Part shown: positions 62,001 through 64,000 of the stretch, piece by piece
Numbering within the stretch: the first letter of the stretch is position 1
Layout: each line of letters opens with the position of its first letter
Source: Eledone cirrhosa
Taxonomy: Eukaryota
Reading direction: 5' to 3'
Length of the DNA: 64,000 nucleotides
NCBI GenBank assembly: GCA_964016885.1
Contig: OZ024744.1
Span: forward strand, 248,001-312,000
Notes under the pieces: generated by a model
What the model was told of the DNA's origin: nothing
What the model saw: only the letters and a program-made list of their open reading frames with translations
Database searches by the model: none
Translations under genes and position numbers: made by a program

Positions 62001-64000
62001 TCAAGCTATCTTTCTCTACCTTGTCTTCCCTCAAAACTTCGTTCTTCACCAAGCTATATTTCTCTACCTGTTTTTCCCCCAAAACTTCGTTTTTCACCAA
62101 ACTATCTTTCTCTACCTTGTCTTCCCTCAAAACTTCGTTCTTCACCAAGCTATCTTTCTCTACCTTGTCTTCCCTCAAAACTCCGTTCTTCATCAAGCTA
62201 ACTTTCTCTACCTTGTCTTCCCCCAAAACTTCGTTCTTCACAAGCTATCCTTCTCTACCTTGTCTTCCCTCAAAACTTCGTTCTTGATCAAGCTATCTTT
62301 CTCTACCTTGTCTTCCCTCAAAACTTCGTTCTTCATCAAGCTATCTTTCTCTACCTTGTCTTCCCTCAAAACTTCGTTCTTCACCAAGCTATCTTTCTCT
62401 ACCTTGTCTTCCCTCAAAACTTCGTTCTTCACCAAGCTATCTTACTCTACCTTGTCTTCCCTCAAAACTTCGTTCTTCACCAAGCTAACTTTCTCTACCT
62501 TGTTTTCCCTCAAAACTTCGTTCTTCATCAAGCTATCTTTCTCTACCTTGTCTTCCCTCAAAACTTCGTTCTTCACCAAGCTATCTTTCTCTACCTTGTC
62601 TTCCCTCAAAACTTCGTTCTTCACCAAGCTATCTTTCTCTACCTTTTTACCCCCCAAAACTTCGTTCTTCACCAAACTATCTTTCTCTACCGTGTCTTCC
62701 CTCAAAACTTCGTTCTTCACCAAGCTATCTTTCTCTACCTTGTCTTCCCTCAAAACTCCGTTCTTCATCAAGCTATCGTTCTCTACTTTGTCTTCCCTCA
62801 AAACGTCGTTCTTCACCTAGCTATCCTTCTCTACCTTGTCTTCCCTCAAAACGTCGTTCGTTCTTCACCAAGCTATCTTTCTCTACCTTGTCTTCCCCCA
62901 AAACTTCGTTCTTCACAAGCTATCCTTCTCTACCTTGTCTTCCCTCAAAACTTCGTTCTTGATCAAGCTATCTTTCTCTACCTTGTCTTCCCTCAAAACT
63001 TTGTTCTTCACCAAGCTATCTTTCTCTACCTTGTCTTCCCTCAAAACTTCGTTCTTCACCAAGCTATCTTTCTCTACCTTGTCTTCCCTCAAAACTTCGT
63101 TCTTCACCAAGCTATCTTTCTCTACCTTGTCTTCCCCCAAAACATCGTTCTTCACCAAGCTATCTTTCTTTACCTTGTCTCCCCTCAAAACTTCGTTATT
63201 CACCAAGCTATCTTTCTCTACCTTGTCTTCCCTCAAAACTTCGTTCTTCATCAAGCTATCGTTCTCTACTTTGTCTTCCCTCAAAACGTCGTTCTTCACC
63301 AAGCTATCTTTCTCTACCTTGTCTTCCCTCAACACTTCGTTCGTTCTTCACCAAGCTATCTTTCTCTACCTTGTCTTCCCCCAAAACTACGTTCTTCACA
63401 AGCTATCTTTCTCTACCTTGTCTTCCCTCAAAACTTCGTTCTTCACCAAGCTATCTTTCTCTACCTTGTCTTCCCTCAAAACTTCGTTCTTCACCAAGCT
63501 AACTTTCTCTACCTTGTCTTCCCTCAAAACTTCGTTCTTCATCAAGCTATCTTTCTCTACCTTGTCTTCCCTCAAAACTTCGTTCTTCACCAAGCTATCT
63601 TTCTCTACCTTGTCTTCCCTCAAAACTTCGTTCTTCACCAAGCTATCTTTCTCTACCTTGTCATCCCTCAAAACTTCGTTCTTCACCAAGCTAACTTTCT
63701 CTACCTTGTCTTCCCTCAAAACTTCGTTCTTCATCAAGCTATCTTTCTCTACCTTGTCTTCCCTCAAAACTTCGTTCTTCACCAAGCTATATTTCTCTAC
63801 CTTTTTTTCCCCCAAAACTTCGTTCTTCACCAAACTATCTTTCTCTACCTTGTCTTCCCTCAAAACTTCGTTCTTCACCAAGCTATCTTTCTCTACCTTG
63901 TCTTCCCTCAAAACTCCGTTCTTCATCAAGCTATCGTTCTCTACTTTGTCTTCCCTCAAAACGTCGTTCTTCACCTAGCTATCTTTCTCTACCTTGTCTT
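53452..64000. repeat. Higher-order tandem duplication, period 5447 bp (113 monomers), ~1.9 copies, truncated by window end
   Basis: ORFs 53631/59078, 55560/61007, 56813/62260 and 57389/62836 are offset by 5447. Private variants TTGTTTTCCC (~57056/62503) and TTTTTACCCC (~57202/62649). 113x48 + 23 = 5447. Confidence 0.92.

Larger units (their letters stand above)
1..64000. repeat. Tandem satellite DNA array, 48-bp monomer (TTCGTTCTTCACCAAGCTATCTTTCTCTACCTTGTCTTCCCTCAAAAC), ~1,330 head-to-tail copies, continuing beyond both window ends
   Basis: Positions 1-48 repeat directly at 49-96 and throughout. All ORF translations have a 16-aa period. Most monomers differ from consensus by 0-3 substitutions, and the recurrent length variants are 52 bp (+TTCG) and 47 bp (CACAAG). 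Consensus composition by count: T19 C17 A9 G3. Confidence 0.99.

Noticed and set aside
493-63974. Minus-strand KNEVLREDKVEKDSLV ORFs as a giant repetitive surface or coiled-coil protein
   Set aside because: The frame is broken every 0.2-1.2 kb by recurrent frameshifts and stops that were themselves amplified. There is no signal peptide, anchor or unique terminus. Kept only as a hypothesis about origin.
32-63978. Long + strand ORFs (up to 876 aa; SSLKTSFFTKLSFSTL, QAIFLYLVFPQNFVLH and PSYLSLPCLPSKLRSS repeats) as genes
   Set aside because: The + strand consensus has no stop in any frame, so long ORFs are automatic. Starts are TTG codons within the repeat, ORFs drift between the three frames at indels, and there are no unique domains.
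1-64000. CRISPR array or other repeat-spacer system
   Set aside because: Repeats are directly adjacent with no unique spacers, and there is no leader or cas gene.
1-64000. Assignment to a named 48-bp satellite (e.g. human CER/D22Z3) or to a particular organism
   Set aside because: Only the monomer length coincides. I do not recognise sequence similarity and cannot run a database search.

Overview
The whole 64-kb window is one uninterrupted, head-to-tail tandem array of a 48-bp satellite monomer (consensus, + strand: TTCGTTCTTCACCAAGCTATCTTTCTCTACCTTGTCTTCCCTCAAAAC; about 1,330 copies). I saw no inversion, transposon insertion or unique sequence. I cannot support any gene, RNA gene or CRISPR array. 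The ORF track is a by-product of the monomer being 3x16 bp and stop-free in four of six frames. The informative signal is the order of monomer variants. A fixed 5-6-monomer landmark cassette (CCTAG variant, a 52-bp monomer followed by a 47-bp monomer, then a TGATCA variant) recurs about 49 times. It defines ~0.4-0.8-kb blocks that combine into a ~1.8-kb unit. On top of these sit recent kilobase-scale higher-order duplications (periods 3183, 1399, 1783/1640, 2646, 3419 and 5447 bp) and long-range copies (offsets 2998, 8770 and 19222 bp). Variant families occupy distinct sectors, and a more diverged island lies at ~40.5-42.4 kb. This architecture is typical of eukaryotic centromeric, pericentromeric or subtelomeric satellite DNA, but neither the organism nor the function can be established from this window. 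I found no evidence for a new protein-coding system. All coordinates and offsets were read by eye from the sequence and ORF track, so block boundaries are approximate.
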